Assembly (NCBI GenBank): GCA_016933155.1
Contig: JAFGBM010000014.1
Span: forward strand, 31,776 to 95,775
Source: Demequinaceae bacterium
GTDB lineage: Bacteria > Actinomycetota > Actinomycetes > Actinomycetales > Demequinaceae
Length of the DNA stretch: 64,000 nt
Direction: 5' to 3'
The position numbers were made by a program, and so were the translations under genes. Of the stretch, positions 9,788 through 20,153 are shown in pieces; within the stretch, counting starts at the first letter, position 1; each line of letters starts with the position of its first letter. Below the pieces are notes generated by a model. That model saw nothing but the letters and a program-made list of their open reading frames with translations. It searched no databases and was not told the origin of the DNA.

Positions 9788-10707
9788 GCCTCGCCCAAAT
9801 CCTCCTTGGTCGGAGGATCTGCCCCTTCCCGCGAGACGGTGATCGCCGCGATGCCGACGCAGCGGTTGAGGACGTACGTGATGACATCCGTCGTCACGGC
9901 CGGGAGCATGACGCGGTTCTCGGCCCCCATGTAGCCCTGTGACCAGAGGCCGTCGATGAGGCCTGCCATGAAGGAGTCCCCGGCACCGACCGTGTCGGCC
10001 ACAGGAACCTGAGGCGCGGTCGCGTCGATCTTCCGCCCGTCGGCGATGAACGCGGTGGCCCCCTTCGAGCCCCGGGTCACGACGATGATCGATGGCCCCA
10101 TTTCGAGCCATTGCCTCGCCAGCCCGTTAGGAGGTTGTTCGGGGTCGAGCCACTCGAGGTCTTCGTCGCTCACCTTGACGATGTCCGCGAGTTCAACCAA
10201 CTGCTCGATCTGTTTCATGGCCGTGATCCGGTTTCCCATGAGGGCCGGACGGACGTTCGGATCGTAGGTGATGGTCGCCGTCGCGCTATGGCTTTCGATG
10301 AGGGAACGAACGGTTGCGGCTCCGGGGGGCAGGATCGCCCCGAGGGAGCCCGTGTGGACGATGAGGGGTTTTCGCGTTGGGGCGGCTCCCGGGTTGATGG
10401 CCCAGGAAAGATCGAAGTCGTATTGGGCGCCCCCCGACTCGTCGATGAAGGCTCGGGCAACGGGTGTGTGGATGGCGGATTCCGAACCCCGGACGAGGGA
10501 CACCCCGGAGGCTTCCAAGTGTTCACGGATCAGCCGTCCGTGATCGTCGAGGGCGATCCAGGTCAACAGTTCGACCTGCCGATGGAGTCTCCCGAGGGCG
10601 AGCGCAACGTTTGCAGGCGATCCCCCCGGATGCGAGGTCTCGCTTCCATCGGATCGCCGGACGACATCGATGAGGGCTTCCCCGATGACGAGGGCGTGTC
10701 CGCTCAC
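9784..10707 (-). CDS. PfkB-family carbohydrate kinase (fructokinase-like)
   Basis: IGEALID, PGGSPANVA, YDPNVRP, KVSDED, DTVGAGDSF; GTG start overlaps the xseB stop. Confidence 0.9.
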   Translation of the reverse strand: MSGHALVIGEALIDVVRRSDGSETSHPGGSPANVALALGRLHRQVELLTWIALDDHGRLIREHLEASGVSLVRGSESAIHTPVARAFIDESGGAQYDFDLSWAINPGAAPTRKPLIVHTGSLGAILPPGAATVRSLIESHSATATITYDPNVRPALMGNRITAMKQIEQLVELADIVKVSDEDLEWLDPEQPPNGLARQWLEMGPSIIVVTRGSKGATAFIADGRKIDATAPQVPVADTVGAGDSFMAGLIDGLWSQGYMGAENRVMLPAVTTDVITYVLNRCVGIAAITVSREGADPPTKEDLGEA

Positions 10708-10940
10708 GCGCCCTCCTCGACGGGTGCCGGGACGCCTTGGTCGCCTCGTGCCTTGTCGACTCGCTTGCGGGCGTCCTCGAGGAGACCCTGACACCTGACG
10801 GCGAGGGCCTCACCCCGCTCCCAGAGGGCGAGCGAATCGTCGAGGGATACCGACCCGGCCTCGAGTTTGGCGACGATGCCGATCAGTTCGTCACGAGCTT
10901 GTTCGTAGGTGAGTTCACCGGGGTTCTTCTCCGTCGCCAC
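10704..10940 (-). CDS. xseB: Exodeoxyribonuclease VII small subunit
   Basis: LTYEQARDELIGIVAKLE...SLDDSLALWERGEAL. Confidence 0.93.
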   Translation of the reverse strand: MATEKNPGELTYEQARDELIGIVAKLEAGSVSLDDSLALWERGEALAVRCQGLLEDARKRVDKARGDQGVPAPVEEGA

Positions 10941-11090
10941 ATCCCGAGGCTACTCCACAGGGAGGGGGTCGACGATCGGGCCGGGATGGGGTCTTTCTCA
11001 CATTGGGCTGCCAGGGCGTCATGATCGCCCTCGTGCCGGCTCTCATAGGTCACCAAATAAAAACTGCGTCTCACAATGGGGTGAAACGAC

Positions 11091-11540
11091 ATGTACAGCG
11101 AAGACTATGTGCGTGAAACGACCGCACTGGGAAGTGTCCAGAAGGCAATGGCATCCGTCAATGGTGACGCCGATCTAGCCTTTCTGGCCCGGTCCCACGA
11201 AGCCAAGATCCGTGCTGCGGTGGCCGAGGCCCCGCAGACTCCCCTCACCACTCTCCTCATCCTCGCTTCGGATGCGGTACCGGCCGTTCGTGCCGGTGTC
11301 GCTCGGAACCCTCGCGCGGATCTTCCGGTGGAGGTGAGGGAGACCCTCGCACGCGACAAGAGCATCGACGTTCAGTTCGGGCTCCTCAAGTGCCCGACAC
11401 TCCCGGACAGCGTTCTCGCAAGGCTCGCCAAGTCTGGGGCCAAGGATGTTGCTTCAACCGCAAAGGAGCGGATGAAGATGCGCAAGACTTCCGGCGGAGC
11501 GCAGCCGGCGTTCGGGCAGGTCGGGTTCGCCTCCAGCTGA
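11091..11540 (+). CDS. LRV/HEAT-like helical repeat protein (paralog of 9404..9787)
   Basis: IRAAVAEAPQTP, AVRAGVARNP, LARDKSIDV; aligns by eye with the 9404 protein. Confidence 0.7.
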   Translation: MYSEDYVRETTALGSVQKAMASVNGDADLAFLARSHEAKIRAAVAEAPQTPLTTLLILASDAVPAVRAGVARNPRADLPVEVRETLARDKSIDVQFGLLKCPTLPDSVLARLAKSGAKDVASTAKERMKMRKTSGGAQPAFGQVGFASS

Positions 11541-11571
11541 GGGAGAGGCGATCCCGGACTGGCCGGGGCGT

Positions 11572-11615
11572 GAAGTGGGGCGACCACCTGATCGGGGGTG
11601 GTCGCCCCCCACTTC
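11572..11615. terminator. Hairpin between convergent LRV gene and xseA
   Basis: GAAGTGGGGCGACCACC ... GGTGGTCGCCCCCCACTTC inverted repeat. Confidence 0.75.
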
Positions 11616-11627
11616 GTCTGGACCGGG

Positions 11628-12854
11628 TCAGGGATGGACGGCGGTGACCTGGGCCTCGGCTGAGCCGATCGCAAACCGCATCGACACTCCGGTCCCTTCC
11701 CGGAGGGAAGATGCGTCCCTCACGACTCCTCCGGCCGGACTACGGACGACCGCGTAGCCCCGGTCCAGGGTCGACTGGGGGGAGAGGGTGCGAAGGCTCG
11801 CGACCATTCCGTCGAGGGAGGCTCGCAGGTCGCCTAGGACGCCCAGGAATGCCCGCCAGCCCGATGCGGCCAACCGTGCGACATCGAGGGCGTGGGGTTC
11901 GATCAGCCGCTCGGGATGGACCAGGACGGGTCGAGAGGTCGCGGAAAGGAGGATCTGGGCTTCCCGATCCAGTCGGGCATCGATGGCGGTCCTGATGCCC
12001 GCTAGAGCTTTCGTGACGGTCCGACGTTCTTCGGCGGCGTCGGGGACGATGCGCCGCCCGGCGTCTGTCGGGGTCGAGGCTCGAAGATCCGCGACGAGGT
12101 CGAGGAGGGGGGCGTCCTTCTCGTGACCGATCGCGCTCACGAGCGGGGTGACGCATGCGGCCGCGACCCGGATCAAAGACTCAGAACTGAAGGGGAGGAG
12201 GTCCTCGAACGATCCGCCCCCACGGGCGACGACGATGACGTCCACGTCCGGGTGCGCATCGAGTTCGCGGATGGCGGCCGACGTCTCCGGGACGCACTTG
12301 CTCCCCTGAACGGTGACCCTGCGGATCTCGAATCGAACAGTGGGCCAACGTGCCGTGGCATTGGCGACCACGTCGTGTTCGGCGTCTCCTTGATTGGCGC
12401 AGATGAGGCCGACGAGCCGGGGAGCGAAGGGCAGGGGCACCTTGCGGTCGTCTGAGAAGAGGCCTTCCGCGGCCAGGCGCTCACGGAGTTCCTCGAGCCG
12501 CGTGAGGAGTTCCCCGAAGCCGACCGAACGCACCTCCCTGGCGTCGAGTTGGAGGCTGCCGCTCTTCAGCCACCAGGCGGGTTTCGCGTGGAGGACGATC
12601 CGGGATCCGTCGGACAGTGGTTCGGCGAGTGCCTCGACAGCCGCCGCGGGAAGGGTCGCCGAGAGGGAGGCGTCCTCCTCTGTGTCTCGGATGGAAAGGA
12701 AGAACAGGTGGCGCCATCTCTTGAGGTTGAGGACCTGGCCCTCGACCCAGACGGCAGGCATGCGCTCTACGTGGTCCTTGATCTTCTGGGAGAGGTGTCG
12801 CACCGGCCAGGGATGTTCGGAGGAGGTATCGGCCGCGGTTTCTGGCAGGTTCAC
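11628..12854 (-). CDS. xseA: Exodeoxyribonuclease VII large subunit
   Basis: VWVEGQ OB-fold, LAAEGLF, DVIVVARGGGSFEDL, SAIGHEKD, RASTPTDA, TLDRGY. Confidence 0.95.
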   Translation of the reverse strand: MNLPETAADTSSEHPWPVRHLSQKIKDHVERMPAVWVEGQVLNLKRWRHLFFLSIRDTEEDASLSATLPAAAVEALAEPLSDGSRIVLHAKPAWWLKSGSLQLDAREVRSVGFGELLTRLEELRERLAAEGLFSDDRKVPLPFAPRLVGLICANQGDAEHDVVANATARWPTVRFEIRRVTVQGSKCVPETSAAIRELDAHPDVDVIVVARGGGSFEDLLPFSSESLIRVAAACVTPLVSAIGHEKDAPLLDLVADLRASTPTDAGRRIVPDAAEERRTVTKALAGIRTAIDARLDREAQILLSATSRPVLVHPERLIEPHALDVARLAASGWRAFLGVLGDLRASLDGMVASLRTLSPQSTLDRGYAVVRSPAGGVVRDASSLREGTGVSMRFAIGSAEAQVTAVHP

Positions 12855-12883
12855 CCCCCCAGCGTGCCACGTAGGATGAGGGG

Positions 12884-13858
12884 GTGCCCACCCCCAGCAA
12901 GCGCGTGCTGCTCGCCGCTCCCCGCGGATACTGCGCGGGGGTCGACCGTGCCGTCATGGCGGTCGAGAAGGCCTTGGAGATCCACGGGCCGCCGGTGTAC
13001 GTGCGGAAGGAAATCGTCCACAACAAGTACGTGGTCGAGTCCCTGAGCACGAGGGGTGCCGTCTTCGTTCCGGACACCGACGATGTTCCCGAGGGGGCGA
13101 GGGTCGTCTTTTCGGCCCATGGGGTGTCGCCTGCGGTGCGGGAGGCGGCGGTTTCTCGGGGGCTCCTCACCATCGATGCGACCTGTCCTCTGGTGGCCAA
13201 GGTCCACAAGGAGGCCATCCGTTTCGCGCGGGCGGATCAGACGATCCTCCTCATCGGCCATGAGGGGCACGAGGAGGTCGAAGGAACGGCGGGGGAGGCA
13301 CCCGGGAACACCATCGTTGTGAATTCGCCGGAGGAGGCCATGACCGTCGAGGTCCCCGATCCCGACCAGGTCGTCTGGCTCTCCCAGACCACCCTCTCCG
13401 TCGATGAGACCCTCGAGACTGTCCGGCGGCTCAGGGATCGCTTTCCCCATCTTCAGGATCCGCCGAGCGACGACATCTGCTACGCCACCCAGAACCGACA
13501 GGTCGCGGTGAAGAAGATCGCTTCCGAATGCGGCCTCGTGATCGTCGTGGGAAGCGCCAACTCTTCAAACTCGGTCAGGCTGGTGGAGGTCGCTCTCCAG
13601 GCCGGGGCGGGGGCCGCCCACAGGATCGACCATGCGACGGAGCTCGAGGATGTCTGGTTCGACGGTGTCGCGACGGTGGGGGTGACCTCGGGAGCCTCGG
13701 TTCCCGAGATCCTCGTGCGAGACCTTCTCGAGGCCCTTGCGAAGCGTGGCTACGGCGAGGTCGAGGAGGTCCGAACCGCAACGGAGGACCTCATGTTCTC
13801 CCTGCCCCACGAGATCCGAGCAGACATCCGGGCCAAGGAGGAGGTTACGGAGGGCTAA
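12884..13858 (+). CDS. ispH: 4-hydroxy-3-methylbut-2-enyl diphosphate reductase
   Basis: [48 protein letters not shown]. Confidence 0.97.
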   Translation: MPTPSKRVLLAAPRGYCAGVDRAVMAVEKALEIHGPPVYVRKEIVHNKYVVESLSTRGAVFVPDTDDVPEGARVVFSAHGVSPAVREAAVSRGLLTIDATCPLVAKVHKEAIRFARADQTILLIGHEGHEEVEGTAGEAPGNTIVVNSPEEAMTVEVPDPDQVVWLSQTTLSVDETLETVRRLRDRFPHLQDPPSDDICYATQNRQVAVKKIASECGLVIVVGSANSSNSVRLVEVALQAGAGAAHRIDHATELEDVWFDGVATVGVTSGASVPEILVRDLLEALAKRGYGEVEEVRTATEDLMFSLPHEIRADIRAKEEVTEG

Positions 13859-15153
13859 TCCTTGGGGCCGTCTTCCCGGGGTTCGGTCGCGTCGCTGACC
13901 TCGACGTCCGGCGCGACGATCTGACGGATCTGGACCGCGGCCGGATTCGCCTCAGGGAGTTCGACGGCAACCTCTTGGAGTTCCCCGAACCTGCGCGCCG
14001 AGACCAGCACCCGCTTCTCGAACGAGGCGACGGTGTCGTTGTAGGCGTTGCCCGCCCCCTCGATGGCCTTCCCGACCCTCGCCAGATGGTCGCCCATGGT
14101 TCGGAGCCGATCGTAGAGGTCACGACCGGTCGTGAGGACGGCCTGGGCGTTCTTGGCGAGGGCGTCCTCCCTCCAGGCGTGGGCGACGGTGCGAAGCATC
14201 GCGACCAGGGTCGTGGGGGTCGCGATAACGACGTTCTTGGAAAAGGCATATTCCTGGAGCGCGGGATCTTGCTCGATGGCGGCCTGATAGAACGCCTCGG
14301 AGGGGACGAACATGACGACGAACTCCGGGGCGGCACTGAACTGCTCCCAGTACTTCTTTCCCGCAAGGTCGTCGATGTGCTTCTTCACGTGACGGGCGTG
14401 GGCGACAAGCCGCTCGGCTCGAACCTTCTCGTCGTCGGTCTCGAACGCCTCGATAAGGGCGGCGAGAGCAACCTTGGAATCGACCACGATCGTCTTCCCA
14501 CCCGCCAGCTTGACCGTGAGGTCCGGCCGGAGGTTCTTTCCGTCGGCGTCCTTGACGTTCTCTTGCTCGTCGAAGTCGACGAACTTGACCATTCCGGCGA
14601 GTTCGACGATGCGCCGAAGCTGGACCTCTCCCCAGTTGCCCCGCACATCCGAGCGTCGGAGGGTGTTGATGAAGTCCGTCGTCTTCTTGTCGAGCTTCTC
14701 CGAAGCCGTGATCATCTGGATGACCTGTTCCCGAAGGGCGGCCTGGCCCTCGGTGCGCAGGCGCTCGGCCTCGGTCGTCTGGCGGCGCACCTCGTCGAGG
14801 GCTTTGGAGACGGGTTCGACCATCTGCTTGACGGCCTCCTCCCGCTTCGCGAGCTCCGCATCATGCTGGACGGCGGTGCGCTTGAACCGTTCGTCGGCCA
14901 TATCGAGGAATTGTCGGGTGTTCTGGGCCAGCACATCGGCGGAAAGGGCCTTGAGTTCATCCTTGAGGGCGAGGTGGGATTCCTTGATGTCGGCGATCCG
15001 CTGGTCGGCCTCCATTCGGACCCGGGCCTCGCGTTCCGCGGCTCGTCGTTCCGCTACGGCTTCCGTCCGTGCGGACGAGCGGGCCACGGCAACCGCATAG
15101 GCGACGACGGCCCCGATGAGGAAGCCCCCAACCGCGAAAAGTGCTTGAGTCAT
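13855..15153 (-). CDS. rmuC: DNA recombination protein RmuC
   Basis: N-terminal TM, coiled coil, [34 protein letters not shown]. Start trimmed to MTQALF. Confidence 0.92.
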   Translation of the reverse strand: MTQALFAVGGFLIGAVVAYAVAVARSSARTEAVAERRAAEREARVRMEADQRIADIKESHLALKDELKALSADVLAQNTRQFLDMADERFKRTAVQHDAELAKREEAVKQMVEPVSKALDEVRRQTTEAERLRTEGQAALREQVIQMITASEKLDKKTTDFINTLRRSDVRGNWGEVQLRRIVELAGMVKFVDFDEQENVKDADGKNLRPDLTVKLAGGKTIVVDSKVALAALIEAFETDDEKVRAERLVAHARHVKKHIDDLAGKKYWEQFSAAPEFVVMFVPSEAFYQAAIEQDPALQEYAFSKNVVIATPTTLVAMLRTVAHAWREDALAKNAQAVLTTGRDLYDRLRTMGDHLARVGKAIEGAGNAYNDTVASFEKRVLVSARRFGELQEVAVELPEANPAAVQIRQIVAPDVEVSDATEPREDGPKD

Positions 15154-15247
15154 GGATCCACTCTGGCATGGTCCTGTGACACGGGGGCGGACTCCTCTGA
15201 GGTCCGAGAGCAATCGCCTACGACCTTCGCGCCGGTAGACTCGCCGC

Positions 15248-16327
15248 GTGGCTCTCACCATCGGAATCGTCGGCCTGCCGAACGTCGGCAAGTCAACCCT
15301 CTTCAATGCCTTGACGCGCGCGAGCGTTCTCGCGGCCAACTATCCCTTCGCGACGATCGAGCCCAATATTGGGGTGGTGCCCCTTCCCGACCCGCGTCTT
15401 TCCGTTCTGTCGGGCCTCTTCCATTCCGAGAGAATCGTCCCCGCGACGGTGAGTTTCGTGGATATCGCCGGGATCGTCAAGGGCGCATCCGAGGGGGAAG
15501 GCCTGGGGAATGCCTTCCTCTCCCACATCAGGGAGGCGGACGCCATCTGCTTGGTCACGCGGGCCTTCGAGGATCCCGACGTGGTTCACGTCGAAGGTCG
15601 GATCGACGTCGCTTCCGACATCGAGACCATCATCACGGAGCTGATACTCGCCGACCTCCAGACCATGGAGAAGGTCATCGCCAGGGTCGAGAAGGATGTC
15701 CGCAACAGGAAGGCCTCCCCGGAGTTTCTCAAGGAATGCCAACGCGCGGAGGAGGTTCTCTCCTCGGGCACCACCATCTCGGCCGCAGAGCCGGCCCTCG
15801 ACGCCGCCCTCATCCGCGAACTGACGCTGCTGACCGCCAAACCCTTCATATATGTCTTCAATGCCGACGAGGCCACCCTGGCCGACGCATCCCGCAGGGC
15901 GATCCTGGAGGGGGCCGTCGCCCCGGCGAAGGCGATCGTCCTCGACGCGAAGTTCGAATCCGAACTCGTCGACCTCACCCCGGACGAGGCGCGCGAGATG
16001 CTCGAGGCCTCCGGACAGTCCGAATCGGGACTCGACCAATTGGCGACGGTGGGATTCGACACCCTGGGTCTCCAGACCTTCCTGACCGCGGGCCCGAAGG
16101 AGTCGCGTGCCTGGACCATCCGCAAGGGGTGGACGGCGCCCCAGGCCGCCGGGGTCATCCACACCGACTTCGAACGGGGATTCATCAAGGCCGAGATCGT
16201 CTCCTACGGGCACCTCGTCGAGGCCGGGTCCGTCGCCGAGGCCCGCGCACGGGGGTGGGTCCGAATGGAGGGCAAGGACTATGTCATGGCCGATGGGGAT
16301 GTCGTAGAGTTCCGATTCAACACATAG
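15248..16327 (+). CDS. ychF: Redox-regulated ATPase YchF
   Basis: [50 protein letters not shown]. Confidence 0.97.
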   Translation: MALTIGIVGLPNVGKSTLFNALTRASVLAANYPFATIEPNIGVVPLPDPRLSVLSGLFHSERIVPATVSFVDIAGIVKGASEGEGLGNAFLSHIREADAICLVTRAFEDPDVVHVEGRIDVASDIETIITELILADLQTMEKVIARVEKDVRNRKASPEFLKECQRAEEVLSSGTTISAAEPALDAALIRELTLLTAKPFIYVFNADEATLADASRRAILEGAVAPAKAIVLDAKFESELVDLTPDEAREMLEASGQSESGLDQLATVGFDTLGLQTFLTAGPKESRAWTIRKGWTAPQAAGVIHTDFERGFIKAEIVSYGHLVEAGSVAEARARGWVRMEGKDYVMADGDVVEFRFNT

Positions 16328-16402
16328 GGCTCAAACGGCGCGTGACGAACTCCACGGGTCCCCCTACTTCCCGGTTCGGCTCTGGTCTAATACGCTCGAT
16401 GT

Positions 16403-16807
16403 ATGGGTCAAGGTACCGACTCCTGGATGCCGGAGGACTCGGACGAGCCGGGGGCGAAGCCAGCGGTGTCGTGGGATGAGATCTCGCCGGAGAGCCTCCG
16501 CCAATCCGCCCTGCATTCTGAGGATTCGAATGAGGTTGAGGTTGACGACTCCCTGAGCGTGGTTGGAATGGCTTGGTTTGAGGTCATTCTCGGGGTGCTC
16601 ATGGGAATCGCCTCGATGATGGCCCTGTGGTACTTCACGGATGGCGGCCTTGCGTTGATCCTTCCGATCCCCGCCGTCGCCCTCGGGACGCCGCTCGTCC
16701 TGACCAAGCGCCGCGATCTCCGATATCTCGGATACGGAATGCTGGCGTCGATCCCCATCGCTTTCGTGTTGGGGATGCTGCTGTGGTATCTCACCCTCTT
16801 CGTCTAG
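16403..16807 (+). CDS. Hypothetical membrane protein (acidic N-terminus, about 3 TM)
   Basis: Hydrophobic C-terminal helices; TACGCT-N6-ATG start context. Confidence 0.65.
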   Translation: MGQGTDSWMPEDSDEPGAKPAVSWDEISPESLRQSALHSEDSNEVEVDDSLSVVGMAWFEVILGVLMGIASMMALWYFTDGGLALILPIPAVALGTPLVLTKRRDLRYLGYGMLASIPIAFVLGMLLWYLTLFV

Positions 16808-16844
16808 CACTGACCTCCTCGGAATAGGCCTTATTGTGGTGGAC

Positions 16845-17204
16845 ATGCTGCGTATGGTGATGCCCTACGGAGCCTTGGCATTTCTCGGGATCCTCGTGGC
16901 GGTGGTCGGAACTGGCGGGCATCGCTACGAGCCCCCCTTGGGCCCCGCTTGCGTCTTGCTCTTGGTTGTCACCGCCGGGACCTTTGCGAGGACGTGGATG
17001 TCATGGACGGGGCTTCTGGTGTATGCCGAGGCCTGGATCGGAGTCGTTTTGCTCGTCTACTTCGTTCGGGGTCCTGGCGAATCGATCGTTCTCCTCGGCG
17101 ACAACCTCGGAAAGATCTGGATGTTCGGAGGTTCGATAGCGGCAGTCGTTCCCGCCTTCATCCCTCGACGGTTCGTAACGGACGGCACACGCCATGGACG
17201 ATGA
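16845..17204 (+). CDS. Membrane protein, DUF6113-like
   Basis: About four TM segments with a GPGESIVL loop; sits upstream of vanW-fdxA; start could be 16836. Confidence 0.6.
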   Translation: MLRMVMPYGALAFLGILVAVVGTGGHRYEPPLGPACVLLLVVTAGTFARTWMSWTGLLVYAEAWIGVVLLVYFVRGPGESIVLLGDNLGKIWMFGGSIAAVVPAFIPRRFVTDGTRHGR

Positions 17205-19743
17205 AACGATGACGCCCGAGGAAGACGGGTCCGCGACAACGGACGGACCCGTTCAGGCTTCTCGGCGCGCCGGTCGGGCCCTGGTCGAGGGCGCCGGTTC
17301 GGGGATCGCCGCTGCCGTGAAGGGGGTCCGAGCCTTCGGGAGAGGCGTGGGGGCCGTGGCGGCGCGGGGATGGAGTGGCTTGACCGCTGGGAGGGCGCAA
17401 CGGGCGGAGACCCGGATCGAGGCCGCCCGCGAGGCCGCGAGGCTTCGGGCGTTGGAGTTGGGCGCGCCGGTCGCGCCGAGGCCGATCGTCGCGGTGGGAA
17501 AGGCTGAGGCCCCGACAGAGCCTGAAGCAGAGCCCGAGCCCGAGCCCGAGCCTGAGCTTGAGCCCGAGCCTGAGCTTGAGCCCGAGGCTGAGGCAGAGCC
17601 CGAGGCAGAGCCGGAGCCGGAGCCCGAGCCGGAGCCGGAGCCGGAGCCCGAGCCTGAGCCTGAGCCCGAGCCCGAGCCCGAGCGTGAGCCGGTTCCTACG
17701 CTCTCGGCGGGGAATCGCGTCCGGATTCTGTCCGGCCGGATTGTCGGAATGATCGGCGCCGCGGCCGAGGGGACACGACGAACGGCGACGAAGGCCGCGA
17801 AGGCCGTGGCCCCCGCAGGAACTGCGATCAAGCGGGGTGTCGTCGCAGGCGGCCGGGCGGTGGGGACGGGGCTGGCCCGATTCGGAAAGGCCCTGGGTCC
17901 CGCGGGTGCAGCCCTCGGAACGGGAATCATCGCCACCGGTCGTGGGGTTGGACGGGCCCTAGGTCGTTTTGGACGTTCCCTCGGATCGATCGGGGGCGCC
18001 GGCTTCGAGAGGGCAGGCCGAGCGCTTGATCGGCTGGGAGATGCCATCGGGCGACGGCTCCGTCGTGCTCGGAGGGCTTGGGCCACCCGTCCGCCGCGTC
18101 CGCGCCTCTGGACCTCGATAGGGGCGGGCCTCGTCATCATCGTCAGTTATGTCCTGGCCCAGGCGTCTGTGGCGTCTCGGGTGGCCCCGGATACGACGGT
18201 GCTGGGTGTTGATGTGGGCGGTATCCCCATTGAGGAGGCCCAGAGTCTCCTCGAAGAGCAGCTCACCGAGGTTTCCTCAGAGATGGTGTCCATCTCGGCC
18301 CACGGTCGGGTCGTGCTCATGGATCCCGAAGAACTCGGGCTCAGCATCGATGTCGAGTCCACCCTCGATTCCCTTTCGGGGTTCTCGTGGTCCCCGTCGG
18401 CGCTGTGGCAGCATGCGGTGGGAGCGGGCCCGATCGAGCCCGTGGTGGTGATCGACGAGGCCGTGTTCACCCAAGCCATGGACAGGGCAGCCACGACGCT
18501 CAGCCAGGAGGTGCGGGAAGCCGAGGTCGCTCTCGGGCCGGCCGGCGCCTCGGTCCAGGCGGGTCAAGACGGAGTCGATGTCGACGCGGGCGACATCGCC
18601 CGCGCGGTTCTCGAAGCCTGGCCGTCGGATTCCCCCATTGCGGTCCCGGTCGAAGTCACTCCGGCTACCCGTGATACAGGGGAGGCGCAGCGATTCGCCC
18701 GGGCCGTCAACGGTATCGTGCTCGGCTCGCCCGTGGTCCTGTCAAGCCCGAACGGGTCGGTGACCCTCACTCCGGAGGATGTTGTCACCCACGGAATGAT
18801 CGTCTCGGATGGCCCCCAGTTCGGCTTGGCCATGAACCAGGACACCCTGGGGGAACTCATCCTGGAGAGGCTCCCTCGGGTGGAGAACGCCGCTGTCAAT
18901 GCTCGTTTCGGGTTCGATTCCCAGCATCAGTTGTACGTCAGGCCCGGGGTTCCGGCCCGGACGCTCGACGTCGAGGCGCTGGACGACGTGGTCGTCCACG
19001 CGGTCATGAGTGCCAGCAGGGCGGGCGAGATTCCTCTCGTCGAGACCGCTCCCGCCGTCACCACCGAGGACCTGGAGAGTTCCGACTATCAAGAAATCGT
19101 CGCCACGTACTACACCGAATTCACGCCGAGGGAACCTTCGAGGGAGCGCAACATCGCCAACGCAGCCTCGAAGATCGTCGGAATGGTCGTCGAGCCAGGC
19201 GAGGTGTTCAGCATCACTGACGCGATCGGACCCATCACAGGCGCGAATGGGTATGTCAGTGCCGGCGTCATCGTCGGAGGGGTGCACACCAGCGGGATCG
19301 GCGGGGGGCTCTGCCAGATCGCCACGACGAGCTACGTCGCCGCCTACCTCGCCGGATTCGAGATCGTCGAACGTCGAGGCCACACGGAATGGTTCTCCCG
19401 ATACCCCGCAGGAAGGGACGCCGCGATCGCCGAGGGGATCGACATGAGATTCAGGAACGACACCCCCTACGCGATGATGTTCAACGCCTACGTTGAGAAT
19501 GCGGGGCTCAGGGTCGACATCTGGTCCACCCCGTACTACACGGTCGAGGCCAGCACGTCGGGTAAGTACAACATCACGGGTGGTGGATACCGAACCGAGA
19601 CCGAGACCCCGTGCTACCCCTCCTACCCGAAGAACGGCTTCACCATCACGGACACCCGGAAGGTCTACCTCGACGGCGAACTCGTCAGGTCGGAGGATCG
19701 GGTATCCGTGTATCGAGCCGTCTCGGGCACCAAATGCGTGTAG
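17194..19743 (+). CDS. VanW-family protein with PG_binding_4-like repeats and a long N-terminal extension
   Basis: TM, then [19 protein letters not shown]; VanW core RNI...[34 protein letters not shown]. Confidence 0.88.
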   Translation: MDDETMTPEEDGSATTDGPVQASRRAGRALVEGAGSGIAAAVKGVRAFGRGVGAVAARGWSGLTAGRAQRAETRIEAAREAARLRALELGAPVAPRPIVAVGKAEAPTEPEAEPEPEPEPELEPEPELEPEAEAEPEAEPEPEPEPEPEPEPEPEPEPEPEPEREPVPTLSAGNRVRILSGRIVGMIGAAAEGTRRTATKAAKAVAPAGTAIKRGVVAGGRAVGTGLARFGKALGPAGAALGTGIIATGRGVGRALGRFGRSLGSIGGAGFERAGRALDRLGDAIGRRLRRARRAWATRPPRPRLWTSIGAGLVIIVSYVLAQASVASRVAPDTTVLGVDVGGIPIEEAQSLLEEQLTEVSSEMVSISAHGRVVLMDPEELGLSIDVESTLDSLSGFSWSPSALWQHAVGAGPIEPVVVIDEAVFTQAMDRAATTLSQEVREAEVALGPAGASVQAGQDGVDVDAGDIARAVLEAWPSDSPIAVPVEVTPATRDTGEAQRFARAVNGIVLGSPVVLSSPNGSVTLTPEDVVTHGMIVSDGPQFGLAMNQDTLGELILERLPRVENAAVNARFGFDSQHQLYVRPGVPARTLDVEALDDVVVHAVMSASRAGEIPLVETAPAVTTEDLESSDYQEIVATYYTEFTPREPSRERNIANAASKIVGMVVEPGEVFSITDAIGPITGANGYVSAGVIVGGVHTSGIGGGLCQIATTSYVAAYLAGFEIVERRGHTEWFSRYPAGRDAAIAEGIDMRFRNDTPYAMMFNAYVENAGLRVDIWSTPYYTVEASTSGKYNITGGGYRTETETPCYPSYPKNGFTITDTRKVYLDGELVRSEDRVSVYRAVSGTKCV
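17518..17691 (+). repeat. Coding hexamer tandem repeat (GAGCCN)~29 encoding (EP)n
   Basis: 174 nt of GAGCCC/GAGCCG/GAGCCT with occasional variants, giving [11 protein letters not shown]... Confidence 0.95.
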
Positions 19744-19754
19744 GGCCCGAGGAC

Positions 19755-19786
19755 GGCTCGGTAGGATGGGCTCATCCGATCGAGCC
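19755..19786. other. Hairpin between vanW and fdxA (terminator or leader structure)
   Basis: GGCTCG..GGATG-GGCT-CATCC..CGAGCC stem-loop; contains a TAGGAT -10-like hexamer. Confidence 0.4.
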
Positions 19787-19798
19787 CGAGGAGAATCC

Positions 19799-20122
19799 GT
19801 GACCTACGTCATCGCATTTCCCTGTGTCGACATCAAGGACAAGGCATGCATCGAGGAGTGTCCGGTCGACTGCATCTACGAGGGCGACCGCATGCTGTAC
19901 ATCCACCCTGACGAATGTGTCGACTGCGGCGCCTGCGAGCCCGTGTGCCCGGTCGAGGCCATCTTCTACGAGGACGACCTGCCGGACAAATGGTCTGATT
20001 ACTACCGGGCCAACACCGAGTTCTTCTCCGAGATCGGCTCACCGGGGGGTGCGGCGAAGATGGGGCTCATCCATCACGACCATGAGATCGTCCGGGCCCT
20101 TCCCCCTCAGGTCGCGGAGTAG
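19799..20122 (+). CDS. fdxA: 7Fe ferredoxin
   Basis: MTYVIAFPCVDIKDKACIEECPVDCI, CVDCGACEPVCP; GAGGAG RBS before GTG. Confidence 0.96.
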   Translation: MTYVIAFPCVDIKDKACIEECPVDCIYEGDRMLYIHPDECVDCGACEPVCPVEAIFYEDDLPDKWSDYYRANTEFFSEIGSPGGAAKMGLIHHDHEIVRALPPQVAE

Positions 20123-20153
20123 GGGACGTGCAGCACCGACTGGCCCGGTAGCC

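Noticed and set aside
11081..11122. GTGAAACGAC direct repeat (two copies) with a CRISPR-like GAAAC
   Set aside because: Only 10 nt and two copies, one of them coding; no cas genes.
13528..16479. 983-aa + strand ORF
   Set aside because: Shadow ORF antisense to rmuC and out of frame over ispH and ychF; Arg/Gly-rich with no motifs, as expected from GC bias.
17518..17691. Tandem repeat as CRISPR or a mobile element
   Set aside because: Spacer-less hexamers in frame within vanW.
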